Shown piece by piece: positions 11,216 to 22,091 of a DNA stretch of 50,803 bases. The translations under genes and the position numbers were made by a program. The stretch is from Squatina squatina (taxonomy: Eukaryota), in the NCBI GenBank assembly GCA_031763465.1, contig JARFOE010000203.1, positions 6,205,208 through 6,256,010 of the forward strand. Reading direction: 5' to 3'. A model generated the notes under the pieces. That model searched no databases, was not told the origin of the DNA, and saw only the letters and a list, made by a program, of their open reading frames with translations. Position 1 is the stretch's first letter, and the number at the start of each line of letters is the position of its first letter.

Positions 11216-11497
11216 GTTTGGTTTCAGAACGCCAGAGCTAAGCTCCGGAAGACCCTCTTGCAGGAGGAGAACACGGACAGCGACACCGTGCCGGAGACGC
11301 AGGAGCTGTCGCGCTCCCCGGTGGCCCAGCAGAACACGGGGGCCCCGGGCCCCCCCAGCCCCCTCTTCTCCACCCCCAACGGCTCGGCACCCTGCCCCCA
11401 GCCGGCCGGGCCAACGATGGCGCCCATCTTCCTGAACTTCGACCCCGCAGAGCCCTCCGACTCCCTCCGGACCATCGACCGCACCAATTTGTGCTAA
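11216..11497 (+). CDS. LIM-homeobox LHX2/LHX9-subfamily terminal exon (homeodomain helix 3 + C-terminal tail)
   Basis: Acceptor tgtag|GTT TGG TTT CAG AAC GCC gives VWFQNARAKLRKTLLQEENT...TNLC*. The phase-0 intron before VWFQN, the ARAK-R--LL-EN motif and the terminal TNLx are LHX2/9 hallmarks. The ORF track misses the homeodomain part. Confidence 0.85.
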   Translation, partial: VWFQNARAKLRKTLLQEENTDSDTVPETQELSRSPVAQQNTGAPGPPSPLFSTPNGSAPCPQPAGPTMAPIFLNFDPAEPSDSLRTIDRTNLC

Positions 11498-11972
11498 AGG
11501 CGGAACGAGGCGGACTCATAAAAAAAGAATTGGCACCGCTGCACTGGGAGTTGGCATCTTGGGACTATACATTGATGCAGTTAAAAGGGAAGGTAGATAA
11601 GCACATGAAGGAGGGAGGAACAGGTTATACCGATGGAGTTAGATGAAGTAGGGGTGGGAGGAGGCTCATGAGGAACATAAACACCCGCACGGACCAGTTC
11701 GACTGAGTGGCCTGTTTCTGTGATGTAACAATTCAAGGTAATTCTATGAGTGAAGAGGCCAGGAGCAGAAGTGCTGAGACTTACTGCCGGGGAGTTGGTT
11801 GTTAACGCCCGCCTTCCAATCAGTGCCGAGCNNNNNNNNNNNNNNNNNNNNNNNNNNNNNNNNNNNNNNNNNNNNNNNNNNNNNNNNNNNNNNNNNNNNN
11901 NNNNNNNNNNNNNNNNNNNNNNNNNNNNNNNTGAGGAGAAAAAAAGTCGATCCATTCCTGGATTGCAAATAC

Positions 11973-12263
11973 CTGTGATGTTTAAGAGAGCCACCAGCGG
12001 CCGGGAGAGTTGGCCACCAGCCACACCATAGAGGTAAATGGTATAGTTGGTTGTCGGCCTGAGGCCTGTGATGTAGGCTGATCGGTGTTCGTCAGGTACC
12101 GTGATGTTCTGCAGGGTGTCAGAACCCTGAGCTCTGTACTGTATCAGGAAGGAGTCAAAGACACTCTCAGCTATCCAGGAGAGCTGGAGGGAGTCAGCTG
12201 TGATGTTAGAGAATGAAAGGCTCCCAAATGTGTGCGATGTTACTCCCTCTTTGTCTGTGGAAG
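11973..12263 (-). CDS. TNXB: Tenascin-X-like fibronectin type III exon (291 nt, phase 1-1)
   Basis: ASTDKEGVTSHTFGSLSFSNITADSLQLSW...FDSFLIQYR...ITGLRPTTNYTIYLYG...; polypyrimidine-AG acceptor and GT donor. TNXB versus TNC is inferred from MHC context and the FDSF..QY motif. Confidence 0.75.
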
Positions 12264-12459
12264 CTAAAGGGAGAAGAAGAAGAAGAAAAAAAAAGAAATA
12301 TACACAACACTTTACTGAGGGGAAACTGCTGCTGCTCAACTACAAGAGGAAGCGCTTCCTTACAGTTTCAACTCTCCAACAGACCACAGTGCCTTGTGTT
12401 GCCCAGGCAACTGTCTGTCGACAGTAAGTGAGGACTCTGATTGTCAGTGCGTCACAATT

Positions 12460-12850
12460 GTAGAATCTCATGGCCCATTGTGCCTGTGCTGGCTCTTTGA
12501 AAGAGCTGTCTAATTAGTCCCACTCCCCACCCCCGTCCTTTCCCCTTAGTCCTGTAATTTTTTTCCTTTCAAGTATTTATCCAATTCCCTTTTGAAAGTT
12601 GCTATTGAATCTGCTTCCACCGCCCTTTCAGGCAGTGCATTCCAGATCACAACAACTTTCTCATCTCCTCTCTGGTTCTTTTGCCAATTATCTTAAATCT
12701 GTGTCCTCTGTTTACCGACTCTCCTGCCAGTGGAAATAATTTCTCCTTATTTACACCTTATCAAAACCGTTCATAATTTTTGAATTCCTCTATTTAATCT
12801 CCCCTTAACCTTCTCTGCTCTAAGGAGAATAATCCCAGCTTATCCAGTCT
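12460..12850 (-). mobile_element. CR1 LINE 3' fragment
   Basis: cccctttcaggcagtgcattccagatcacaacaac...ccccttaaccttctctgctctaaggagaa is the reverse of the CR1 ORF2 end. Confidence 0.8.
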
Positions 12851-12917
12851 CTGAAGTCAAAGCGTAAAAGTTAAACTTTTGACATGAAGCTGATGATTCT
12901 AACTTTCTCTTCCCCAG

Positions 12918-13085
12918 CTGATAGCTATTGTGATGGATGTATTCACCGACATTGACATCTTCTGTGATGTGCTTGAGGCAGCCAACAAGCGCATGGTCAC
13001 TGTTTACCTGCTACTAGACCAGTGCTCTTTACAATACTTCACTGACATGTGTGAAAAACTCCAGATAAAAGACAGCCACCTAAAG
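12918..13085 (+). CDS. FAM83A: FAM83 family DUF1669 exon, FAM83A-like (168 nt, phase 0-0)
   Basis: cccag|LIAIVMDVFTDIDIFCDVLEAANKRMVTVYLLLDQCSLQYFTDMCEKLQIKDSHLK|gtatg; EAANKR and DSHLK are as recalled for FAM83A. Confidence 0.85.
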
Positions 13086-13261
13086 GTATGTGTTTTGTCA
13101 GCATTATATTAAAGAGTAAAATAATCCAGTTTTAAAACTACGCAATACATATTATGTATATCTGGGCTCACACTTGGTCTAGGAATGGGAGAGTGACCAA
13201 CTCTTATGGAACTGAGCCCGGGTAAAACAACAGGGGATGTTGAGAAAAGTGACAAGCCAAA

Positions 13262-13450
13262 AGCTCAGAGCAGTGAAGGCTAAGGGGAGATTTAATAGAG
13301 ATGTTCAAAATTATGAAGTGTTTTGATAAAGTAAATGAGGAGAAACTGTTTCCACTGGCGGGAGGGTTGGTAACCAGAGGACACAGATTTAAGATAATTG
13401 GCAAAAGAAATGAGGAGAATTTTATTTTACGCAGCGAGTTGTTATGGTCT
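13262..13450 (+). mobile_element. CR1 LINE fragment
   Basis: RLRGDLIEMFKIMKCFDKVNEEKLFPLAGGLVTRGHRFKIIGKR. Confidence 0.8.
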
Positions 13451-14055
13451 ATATTTACTGCTTTAAAGCCTACTCTGAGTATATTTTCCTCTGTTCCCTG
13501 CGAACCTAAAAGTGCTGGGATACTGTCCCATGGGTACCGGTCACTCACTGGCGTTACACCCACGTGCCCATTGACAATATGAATGGGATAGAGAGCATCA
13601 ACAGATTGCATGTGCATGCCAGGCATCACAGGCCCAAACCTGACCTCACTCAACGCACTGACATTTCCAATNNNNNNNNNNNNNNNNNNNNNNNNNNNNN
13701 NNNNNNNNNNNNNNNNNNNNNNNNNNNNNNNNNNNNNNNNNNNNNNNNNNNNNNNNNNNNNNNNNNNNNNNCCACGAACAACCCGTCACTCTTGAAGCAG
13801 TACAATCAACTCTAGAGCTTTAAAAATCATTTCTTCCTTCAAGGCATCCACACTGTACAGAAACAAACAACATTTGAGTTTTCAGGTAAATGGACAATGA
13901 AAGTGGTTATCGTTCCAAGATGGCGGACAACGGTTGCCATAGCAGCGCTGGAGCTTCAAGGAGCATCCGAGGTGATAATTCTTTTTGTACAAGATGGGAA
14001 AAGACTGTGCAAAGTTAAAATAATTTCCCTGAGAAAACTTGCTGGCGAAGAATAC

Positions 14056-14355
14056 CTGCAGTGGTTATTATAGTGGTTAGTGGCCTTGTTCGTCTGCTGC
14101 CGGAGACCCCATAGAGAGAAACCAGGTACTTGGTACTGGGCCTTAGGCCTCTGATGAAGGACGACTGTCGGTCCCCAGTTACGGTGAAGTTCTGCGTCTC
14201 TTCGGAACCCTCGACTCTGTACTGGATGAGAAATGAGTCAAACCCACTCTCGGCCGCCCAAAAGATTTGGAGGGAGTCCTGTGTGACATTATTCCCTGAA
14301 AGTCGGATAAGTTTACCCAGCCTGCTCGGTTTTATGCCATTGGTATCTATGAAAA
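14056..14355 (-). CDS. TNXB: Tenascin-X-like FNIII exon (300 nt, phase 1-1)
   Basis: FIDTNGIKPSRLGKLIRLSGNNVTQDSLQIFWAAESGFDSFLIQYRVEGSEETQNFTVTGDRQSSFIRGLRPSTKYLVSLYGVSGSRRTRPLTTIITTA; canonical splice sites; absent from the ORF track. Confidence 0.75.
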
Positions 14356-14819
14356 CTGGAAAAAAAAAGGAGAAACACCCGACTTAAAGACCGTGTTGTG
14401 GGCAATCACCCCTCACTGTAAGTTGGTCGAAATCATATCAAGCACCTTTTTTGTTTTGGGTTAACTATCCACCGCCTCCTAAAGATGGATGGGTGGAAAG
14501 CAATGGTCACTGTAAGCAGGTAAAAGAGGAAAAAAAAACTCAACTCAGGCGGGTGACCAATATATACCAGTCACCGTGATGCTAGTTCAGAGGTTCCTCC
14601 GTGTTGAGTTTCCTTGTGAAGAGAAATCAATTGGCAGCCGAATAACTGTCGGTTCAGATGAGGAAATGTCGCACTGATTTCCCAAGGGGGAGGGGGCAGG
14701 AATCATTGCGGGCTGAAGTAGGGGTTTAAGGCGCACTCTTATCGCACTCACCTATATACACCATGTGTTTTAGTAGAGAAGCCCTCCGAACATTGCACGC
14801 TTCATGTGTTACAGTAGAT

Positions 14820-15225
14820 AAGATTTGTAGACTATATACACTGTATATTATGGTACAGAGCTACAGCAGAAAATATACCGTATATTATTGTATTCATTCA
14901 CAGCGCTATATACACTTTATTATTGTACAAATTCCACAGAGCTATATACACTATATCTTATTGTACAAGGTCCACAGAGCTATATACACTGCATATAATA
15001 TGGTCCAGATCCACAGAGCTATATACATTGTATATTATGGTACAGGTCCACAGGTATATACGATGTATATTATGGTACAGAGCCACACACAGGAGCAGCA
15101 GGTCTGCAGAGGTATATACATTGTATCTTATGGTACAAAGCCACACATACAAGGAGCAGGTCTACAGAGGTATATACACTGTATATTATGGTAGAGAGCC
15201 ATATGCAGGTCCACAGGTATAGACA
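14820..15225. repeat. Degenerate AT-rich tandem repeat (core tatatacactgtatattatggtacag, units about 35-55 bp)
   Basis: Core motif repeated about 9-10 times with variable ccacagag/ggagcagg spacers. Confidence 0.85.
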
Positions 15226-15475
15226 GCAACAGTCCTCGGTAAAGTGAATCATACTGCTCTTGTGTTCATTCACTGCTCTTTCACTCATTCGACCACCATT
15301 CACCACTTAATCTGGGCTCTAAATTTGCAAAAGCGGGAGGGAGAGACATCCCGTAAACACACATTCAGACAGAGAGGGGACAAGTTTAAAGTTTGCACTA
15401 AACTGACAGGACAGTTAGCGCAGTTAAACTTGGTCCATTTGCTGTTTCAGGGAAGAGGTAGAGGTTACCAGATAT

Positions 15476-15713
15476 ACTTCCAACAATAGAGATGGCGGAT
15501 TGCTCCAGTGAGATCACAGAACTCGAACTGCAGGGCATTGAGGCAAAATGGTGCCCCAAACCATTTGTACCATGAGGAAATGATAAAGTAAGCATTCGCG
15601 GAGCAGAAAGCAACAGTCTGAGGTGAACAGTGTGCCAGGGCCTTGGTTAAGCAGATAGGAGTCACAAGGATCAGTCATCAACCTGACTGGGAAACTACCT
15701 CAGAAAGAAAGCT
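15476..15713 (-). pseudogene. Probable decayed FNIII pseudo-exon
   Basis: Residual motifs in shifting frames (DSYLL, AYFI, caccat..ctc.at, AISIV) are collinear with the neighbouring FNIII exons; the downstream intron 15341-15405 resembles 16131-16220. Confidence 0.4.
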
Positions 15714-15759
15714 ACATCAGATTCTTCCCAATCAGAAAGAAACTGGGAAACCTCACAGG

Positions 15760-16066
15760 AATAGGAATTGAAGAGATCACAAGGAATGGGAATTGAAGAG
15801 ATCACAAGGAATGGGAATTGAAGAGATGTCAAGGAATGGGAATTGAGATCACAAGGAATGAGAATTGAAGCGATCACAAGGAATGGGAATTGGAGAGGAC
15901 AAAGAATGGAATGGAAGAGATCACAAGGAATGGAAATTGAAGAGAGGTCAAGGAATGGGAATGGAAGAGATCATGGGGAATGGGAATTGAAGAGAGGTCA
16001 AGGATTGGGAATTGAAAAGAGGACAAGGAATGGGAATTGAAGAGATCACAAGGAATGGGAATGGAA
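15760..16066. repeat. 25-bp purine-rich minisatellite (aaggaatgggaattgaagagatcac)n, about 12 copies
   Basis: Unit starts at 15781 and 15806 and continues with variants to 16066. Confidence 0.92.
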
Positions 16067-16397
16067 TCATTCCCTGGTTGACGGTGAAACTATATATTTA
16101 TATACAGGATATGAATATATAAGAGAGAGAGAGAGACATCCCATAAACNNNNNNNNNNGACTCAATACACAACCTCCCAGAGACAGAGAGGGGCAAGTTT
16201 CAACGTTTGCACCAAAGTGGGAGGAACGTCGGCCCAGAGAAACTTGCCACTTGCGGAGTTTTGGGGAAAGAGACCGGGGTAAGGGGGATTGTCTCAAGAG
16301 AAAAAGCCGGGAAATATTTGTCCGCTTGCGCCACAGAAGGGCGATGGAAATATTTCTGATTTTTGAGCAAGGACTCTTTGCTGGTTGGCCACGATAC

Positions 16398-16697
16398 CTG
16401 TTGTCGTCACGACGATGGAGAGCGGGCTGGTGTGACGGCCCCTGGACACTCCGTAGACGTAGATGGTGTACTTGGTGCTAGGCTTGAGACCCAGGATGAT
16501 GTAGGATCCCCGGTTGCCGGATACCCTGAGCTTCTGCACCTCCTCAGAGCCCTGGGCTCTGTACTGAATGACGATGGAGTCAAAGCTCCACTGGGTTGAC
16601 CACGAGAGCTCCAGTGAGTCAGCCGTGATGTTAAACACGGAGAGGCTGCCCAGCGCCCTCAGGTGACTCGGCCTTATACTTTCCTTAACTATGGAAG
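16398..16697 (-). CDS. TNXB: Tenascin-X-like FNIII exon (300 nt, phase 1-1)
   Basis: ASIVKESIRPSHLRALGSLSVFNITADSLELSWSTQWSFDSIVIQYRAQG...GLKPSTKYTIYVYGVSRGRHTSPLSIVVTTT; AG/GT bounded. Confidence 0.78.
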
Positions 16698-16787
16698 CTA
16701 GAGGCAAGAGAGAGAGACAGAGAGGGAGGAAAAAAAAAACCCAAATGAAACATATGCAGGAGATTCTGCGGTGAAAATTTTAAAATG

Positions 16788-17092
16788 GATTTGCATTTAT
16801 TCAGCTCCTTTCACCACCGTAAGACAATGAAGTAATCTTGAAGTGTAGTCGCTCTTGAAATGTAGGAAACGGAGCAGCCAATTTGCACACAGCAAGCTCC
16901 CACAAACATGCAATGTGATAATGACCAGATCATCTCATCCGAAAGACAACACCTCTGACGGTGCAGCGGCTCCCTCAGCACTGCACCGGGAGTGTCAGCC
17001 TGGATTATGGGCTCAAGTCTTTTGAGTGGGACACGAACCCACAACCTTCTGCCTCAGAGGCGAGAGTGCTGCCCAATGAGCAAAGGCAGACA
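16788..17092 (-). mobile_element. Deu-domain tRNA-SINE
   Basis: ttgcatttat tail, ctcatccgaaagac core, and A/B-box head at the 17092 end. Confidence 0.8.
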
Positions 17093-17831
17093 ACCGAACA
17101 CTTAACTCGTTAGGTATAGAGTTGACCTATGGAGATATTCGAGCACTAGAGGCAGCGCAGAGAAGAGCTTGGAGTCTGATCTGCAACGACAGAGGGCCTG
17201 AGTGATGAGGAAGGACTGGAGAGACTCGGGCTATTCACCATGGAAAGGATGCGACCGGGAGGTGACCTTATAGAGAGATATAAGATGGATATTGAAGAGG
17301 TTATGTCACTTTAAACTAAACTGTGAAGGTAGGGCAGGAGTACAATATAATTAGAGTAGTGATATCCAGAGATCTTTCTCACATAAACGGAGGGTAGTTT
17401 TGATTTTGGGCGACAGTGCAAAACGGTCAATGTCGAATCAGCTATCCCTGAAACATCTCTCCTGATTGGACTTACGGCACAGAAAGAGACCCAACTGGTC
17501 CATGTATCTGCTCCACACGAGCCTCCTCCTCCTCTCACCATATCAGCATTTCCCTCCCTTCCTTTCCCCTCATCTGCATATCGAGCTTTCCCTTAAGACC
17601 ATCTATACCAGTCACTTCAACAACTCCCTGTGGCACCAAGTTCCACATTCTCACTNNNNNNNNNNNNNNNNNNNNNNNNNNNNNNNNNNNNNNNNNNNNN
17701 NNNNNNNNNNNNNNNNNNNNNNNNNNNNNNNNNNNNNNNNNNNNNNNNNNNNNNNNNNNNNNNNNNNNNNNNNNNNNNNNNNNNNNNNNNNNNNNNNNNN
17801 NNNNNNNNNNNNNNNNNNNNNNNNNNNNNNN

Positions 17832-18117
17832 GTGGAAGCTACAACGGCCATCAGCTTTGTGAGCTGACTTTCAAAGACCCCATAGAGATAGATGGTGTAT
17901 TTTGTGCTGGGCCTGAGGCCTGTGATGAAGTAGGACCGCTGGTCACCGCCCACAGTCAGGTTCCGTATACTATGCGAGCCGTGGGCCCTGTACTGTACCA
18001 AAAATAACTCGTAAACCCGCCCCACCATCCAGGAGAGCTGGAGGGAGGTGGCGGTGATGTTAGCTATGCCAGGCCTGACCGGGGCCCTTGGTGGTGGACT
18101 ACCAGGATCTATGGAGG
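17832..18117 (-). CDS. TNXB: Tenascin-X-like FNIII exon, 3' end lost in gap
   Basis: ASIDPGSPPPRAPVRPGIANITATSLQLSW...VQYRAHG...ITGLRPSTKYTIYLYGVFESQLTKLMAVVAS; acceptor at 18118-18119. Confidence 0.75.
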
Positions 18118-18269
18118 CTAAAAGAGAAAAAAGTCGATGAGAACCTAGCATTACTGGTCGAAAGCCCTGTTAAGTGTCACCGAGCAGCGGAGAGCCACGA
18201 TTTGAACCTACAGAGAATGCCAACTGAAGCACTCAAATACTGACGGATTCTGTCGGGTATGTGTGAGCT

Positions 18270-18457
18270 CGTGGCAAAAGAACCAGAGGGGGAGATGAGA
18301 CATTTTCTTCACTCAGCGAGCTGGTGTGATCTGGAATGCGCTGCCTGAAAGGGCGGGGGCAGCAGCTTCAATCGTAAAACTTTCAAAAAAGGGAATTAAA
18401 CACAATACATGAAAAGGACAAATCTGCAGTGTTCTCGGGGAAAGAACAGAGGAGTGG
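18270..18457 (+). mobile_element. CR1 LINE fragment
   Basis: ggcaaaagaaccagaggggg...gtgatctggaatgcgctgcctgaaaggg, the same family as 6940-7050 and 7853-8100. Confidence 0.7.
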
Positions 18458-19551
18458 NNNNNNNNNNNNNNNNNNNNNNNNNNNNNNNNNNNNNNNNNNN
18501 NNNNNNNNNNNNNNNNNNNNNNNNNNNNNNNNNNNNNNNNNNNNNNNNNNNNNNNNNCTGAAAAGTTTCCTCAATTTCAATTTTTTGTGGGAAGAAAAAT
18601 AACTGAAAACTGTAAATATCTAAGTCTGTGACTGCAAAGCCCCGAACAAAACAGTCAGTATTGAAGTGTAGCAGTTGGATAGAGCCCAGAAAATAGCAAA
18701 CTATAAAATACACATTGCTGGGACTGGAGGTAAACTCTGTTTAAGTGCATGTTCCTGACTGAACCATGTAACGTTTCACAGTGAATGGATTTCAGGCTAA
18801 ACAGGAATAGGACTGTACAGCAAATTCTCTGCAACACCTGAAGGAAGACGCATAAACCCTCTTTGTTCCTTTACAAGCCAAGCCAGTTTCAGCTCGAACC
18901 CTTCAAGGGACTTCAATGCCTTGGCCTTCCACCAGGTGCTGGGCCTCAGGCTTTTGATCTCCACTAGGCCTTGAAGCTCATCTCAGGTTTCCCAATCCCA
19001 TCTACTCCCTTCAGTGTGAACCGCAGGTATTTCTTTTCCTCTGATGGTGCGACGTGAGTTATGGCTGGTCCTTCCTTCTTGCCCCTTCAAAGCCCAGGGA
19101 GCTTCTAATAGATGCCCAAGTGTGCGAGTTAAACCTGCGAACAGAGCTATCTCCACCGGGTAGCTCCCCAGGCTGGTAGAGAAATGAGGAGAGAAGATAA
19201 AGAATTAATAAACAGTGACAAACTGGGCAGAAGGACGGCACGACTGACAAACGGGGTAGGCTGAGCAGAGGTCTCCGAACCAGAGTCCGTCCTGTTCGTA
19301 TTCGGATCCATACAACTTGACCATGTGCCTGTTGCCATCCCGCCAACATTGTCCTGCAGTTTCCCCAGGAATTAAGGATTAATCCCCAGGACACTGCAGC
19401 GAGCAAAGCACCCGAGGAGAAAACTCAGGGAGAGCATTTTTAAGAAGAGAGTGTGGTTCTTTTTATCCATTTTCTTTGACCACTCCTGTTTATCAGTTCT
19501 AAAAATACTGGCGATGTGCGATGAAAATGACCGTTTGACTGACAGTCAGGA

Positions 19552-20030
19552 ACAACAACAACAACTTGTATTTATATAGCACCTTTAACGCAGTGAAACG
19601 TTCCAAGGCGCTTCACACGAGTGTTGAGACAAAAAATTTGACACCAAGCCACAGAAAGAGAAATTAGGGCAGGTGACCAAAAGCTTGGTCAAAGTGGTAG
19701 ATTTTAATGAGCGTCTTGAAGGAGCAAAGAGAGGTAGAGAGGCGGGGAGGTTTAGGCAGGGAATTCCAGAGCTTAAGGCCGAGGCAGCTGAAGGCACGGC
19801 CACTCATGGTGGAGCGATTATAATCAGGGATGTTCAAGAGGACGGAATTAGAGGAGAGCAGATATCTCCAGGGGGATGTGGGGCTGAAGGAGATTACAGA
19901 GACAGGGAGGGGCGAGGCCATGAAAGGATTTGAAGACAAGGATGAGAATTTTGAAATCGAGACATAACTTAACCAGGCCAATGTAGGTTAGCGAACACAG
20001 GGGGGATAGATGAATGGGACTTGGTACGGA
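19552..20030 (-). mobile_element. L2-clade LINE 3' end
   Basis: Minus-strand LDFKILILVFKSFHGLAPPCLCNLL and GRAFSCLGLKLWNSLP; ends in a gctatataaatacaag(ttg)n tail. Confidence 0.88.
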
Positions 20031-20959
20031 GGGTGGAAGATGGGAGCCCGGCCAGGAGTGTTTTAGAATAGTAACAAAGGTAACAAAGGGATGGATGAGA
20101 GATTCAGCACTCCACCACCATAAAAATGGGCTGAGAATAAAATGCCTGACCTTGTCATATTTCCCCCAATTTGCACAGTGTAGATTGGGTGCCTGAGCCA
20201 CCTTCGATGCAGCTAGTCCATCCACTGCGTGAGGTGCCAGGAAAATGTGGCTGTGAACATGCCGCTTGAGGGCAGAGAAGCCAGCAGATCCAGTTGAAGA
20301 ACTTGGTGAAAAACAAAGGTTTGCACCTTTCGAGGAAGGACAATTTCACCATGATGGTGCAATCTCATTTGCTGTGGGCCATGAAACCAGCCTGTGGCAC
20401 GCTTTGTGGGCGCTAGTTCNNNNNNNNNNNNNNNNNNNNNNNNNNNNNNNNNNNNNNNNNNNNNNNNNNNNNNNNNNNNNNNNNNNNNNNNNNNNNNNNN
20501 NNNNNNNNNNNNNNNNNNNGTATCTTGTTTAAACTGCTAATTTTAATTAATGCTTCTAGACCTCAGCTCTCAAATCTCGCTGTCTCCCGCTCCCTCTCTC
20601 AGACCGTTCCTTGAACAGCACCTGCTCCCTCACTGCACAAAATTCCCTCACTCACCAAATTCCCAGAGTTTAATACTCTGAAGAAGCAGTACTTCATAGA
20701 ACTGGACTCCATGCTACTTACTCTGTCCTTCTAATCATCAGTGAACTGATGGAAGGAGTCGTCAACATGAATTCCACAGGTGAGATGAGAGTGAGTACCC
20801 TTGACATAAGGCAGCATTTGGCCGAGTGTGGCACCAAGGAGACCTGGTAAAACTGAAGTCAATGTGGATAAGCTGGAAACCACCCTGTGACTGGAGTCAT
20901 ACCTGGTGAGGGATGGAGGTTTGAGGAACTGTGCATGGTAAAAGTAAATGATTGGCAGA

Positions 20960-21560
20960 AAATGTGAAATCAGCAATGGCAGAGGGTATCAGGAGAGTCA
21001 CAGATATAGGTGGGTACAGACTGGACAAGAGTTAAGGTCAGAGGATATTAGTCTAGGGACAGCAGTAAACTAGAATAATCCATCTACCAGTCCAGTCCTA
21101 TTTGTGTATCTTGGGGGTTAATTGGAAACTCGGTGCGGAGTTGGGGAACAATAAGATTGGAAGCATGGTGCTGGGAGGTGGGCGGTGATGGAGGTCTCTG
21201 GAAGGGATGAGTTTGTTTTTCACTGAGATTATGATTTGGAGTTTGGTCGTGGTGTCATGGTCTGTCGTGAGATGGGACTCATCGTGGGACAATTGATGTT
21301 CAGCCTCAGCCTGTCAGAGGCCCTTCTGCCATACAACACCAGTGTCGGTGTCTTTGTTGGTGTGTTTGATGGTATCTGGAATGGAACAGAAAGCTACAAG
21401 TGAAGAGGGAAATAAATTAAAGGAATAGAAACTGCTGACATCACAGCAGCAGTTGTTGATGAAGAGATTGAGTGAAGGCAAGCTGAAGGAGTCCAGAATG
21501 ATGGAGACAGGAGAAGCGGTATGATTCAGATTCACACAGACTCTTCCTGGCTGAAAATGA
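20960..21560 (-). mobile_element. Decayed Penelope-like element RT fragment
   Basis: Minus-strand remnants LPSLNLFINNC, PKIHK-D-GR and LVQSVPTYICDS match the Penelope RT region; many stops. Confidence 0.65.
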
Positions 21561-21806
21561 AGGCACAGAAGTGGTGGTGGCAGAGGAGTTGTCACATCAA
21601 GCAACTAATCCAATATTGCCTGTTTTACACGATCAGCGAACGTTAAAATTACCCCCACCGATTTTAATACTTGGGTCAGTCAGTGGAGGAATCGGTAGTC
21701 CTATATTAACATTTAACAGCTTAAAATTATTATGGATTGCTGCAATTAGACATTTAACAATAAAAATGAGTAATAGTTTTTATTACTGATTAAATCCTAA
21801 TTGCAG

Positions 21807-22091
21807 GTTTTGGACACCGACCTTGGATTCACCTGGAGGAAAACCACAAACAAGGAGTTCGTGTTGTGTGTAAATCTGATGGATGGTATCCTGAGCCACT
21901 GATATGGTGGGTGGATGGGAATGGACAAAATTTGACAGCACGGTCTGAAACAGGATTCATCAAGGACTCCAGAGGCCTTATTGCTGTCCAGAGTCATATT
22001 GATGTGATAAGTGATTCTGTAAACAAGTTTTCTTGTTTCATGCAAAACTGGTTATTGCAGAAAAAACGAGAGGCCCATATCCAGATATCAG
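21807..22091 (+). CDS. Butyrophilin/BTNL-family IgC domain exon (285 nt, phase 1-1)
   Basis: ttgcag|GFGHRPWIHLEENHKQGVRVVCKSDGWYPEPLIWWVDGNGQNL...FSCFMQNWLLQKKREAHIQIS|gtacgt; the C-S-GWYPEP-W and C---N-LL---K---I-I pattern is typical of BTN IgC. Confidence 0.85.

Noticed and set aside
14763-15222. Tyr/Ile-rich ORFs
   Set aside because: Translations of a tandem repeat.
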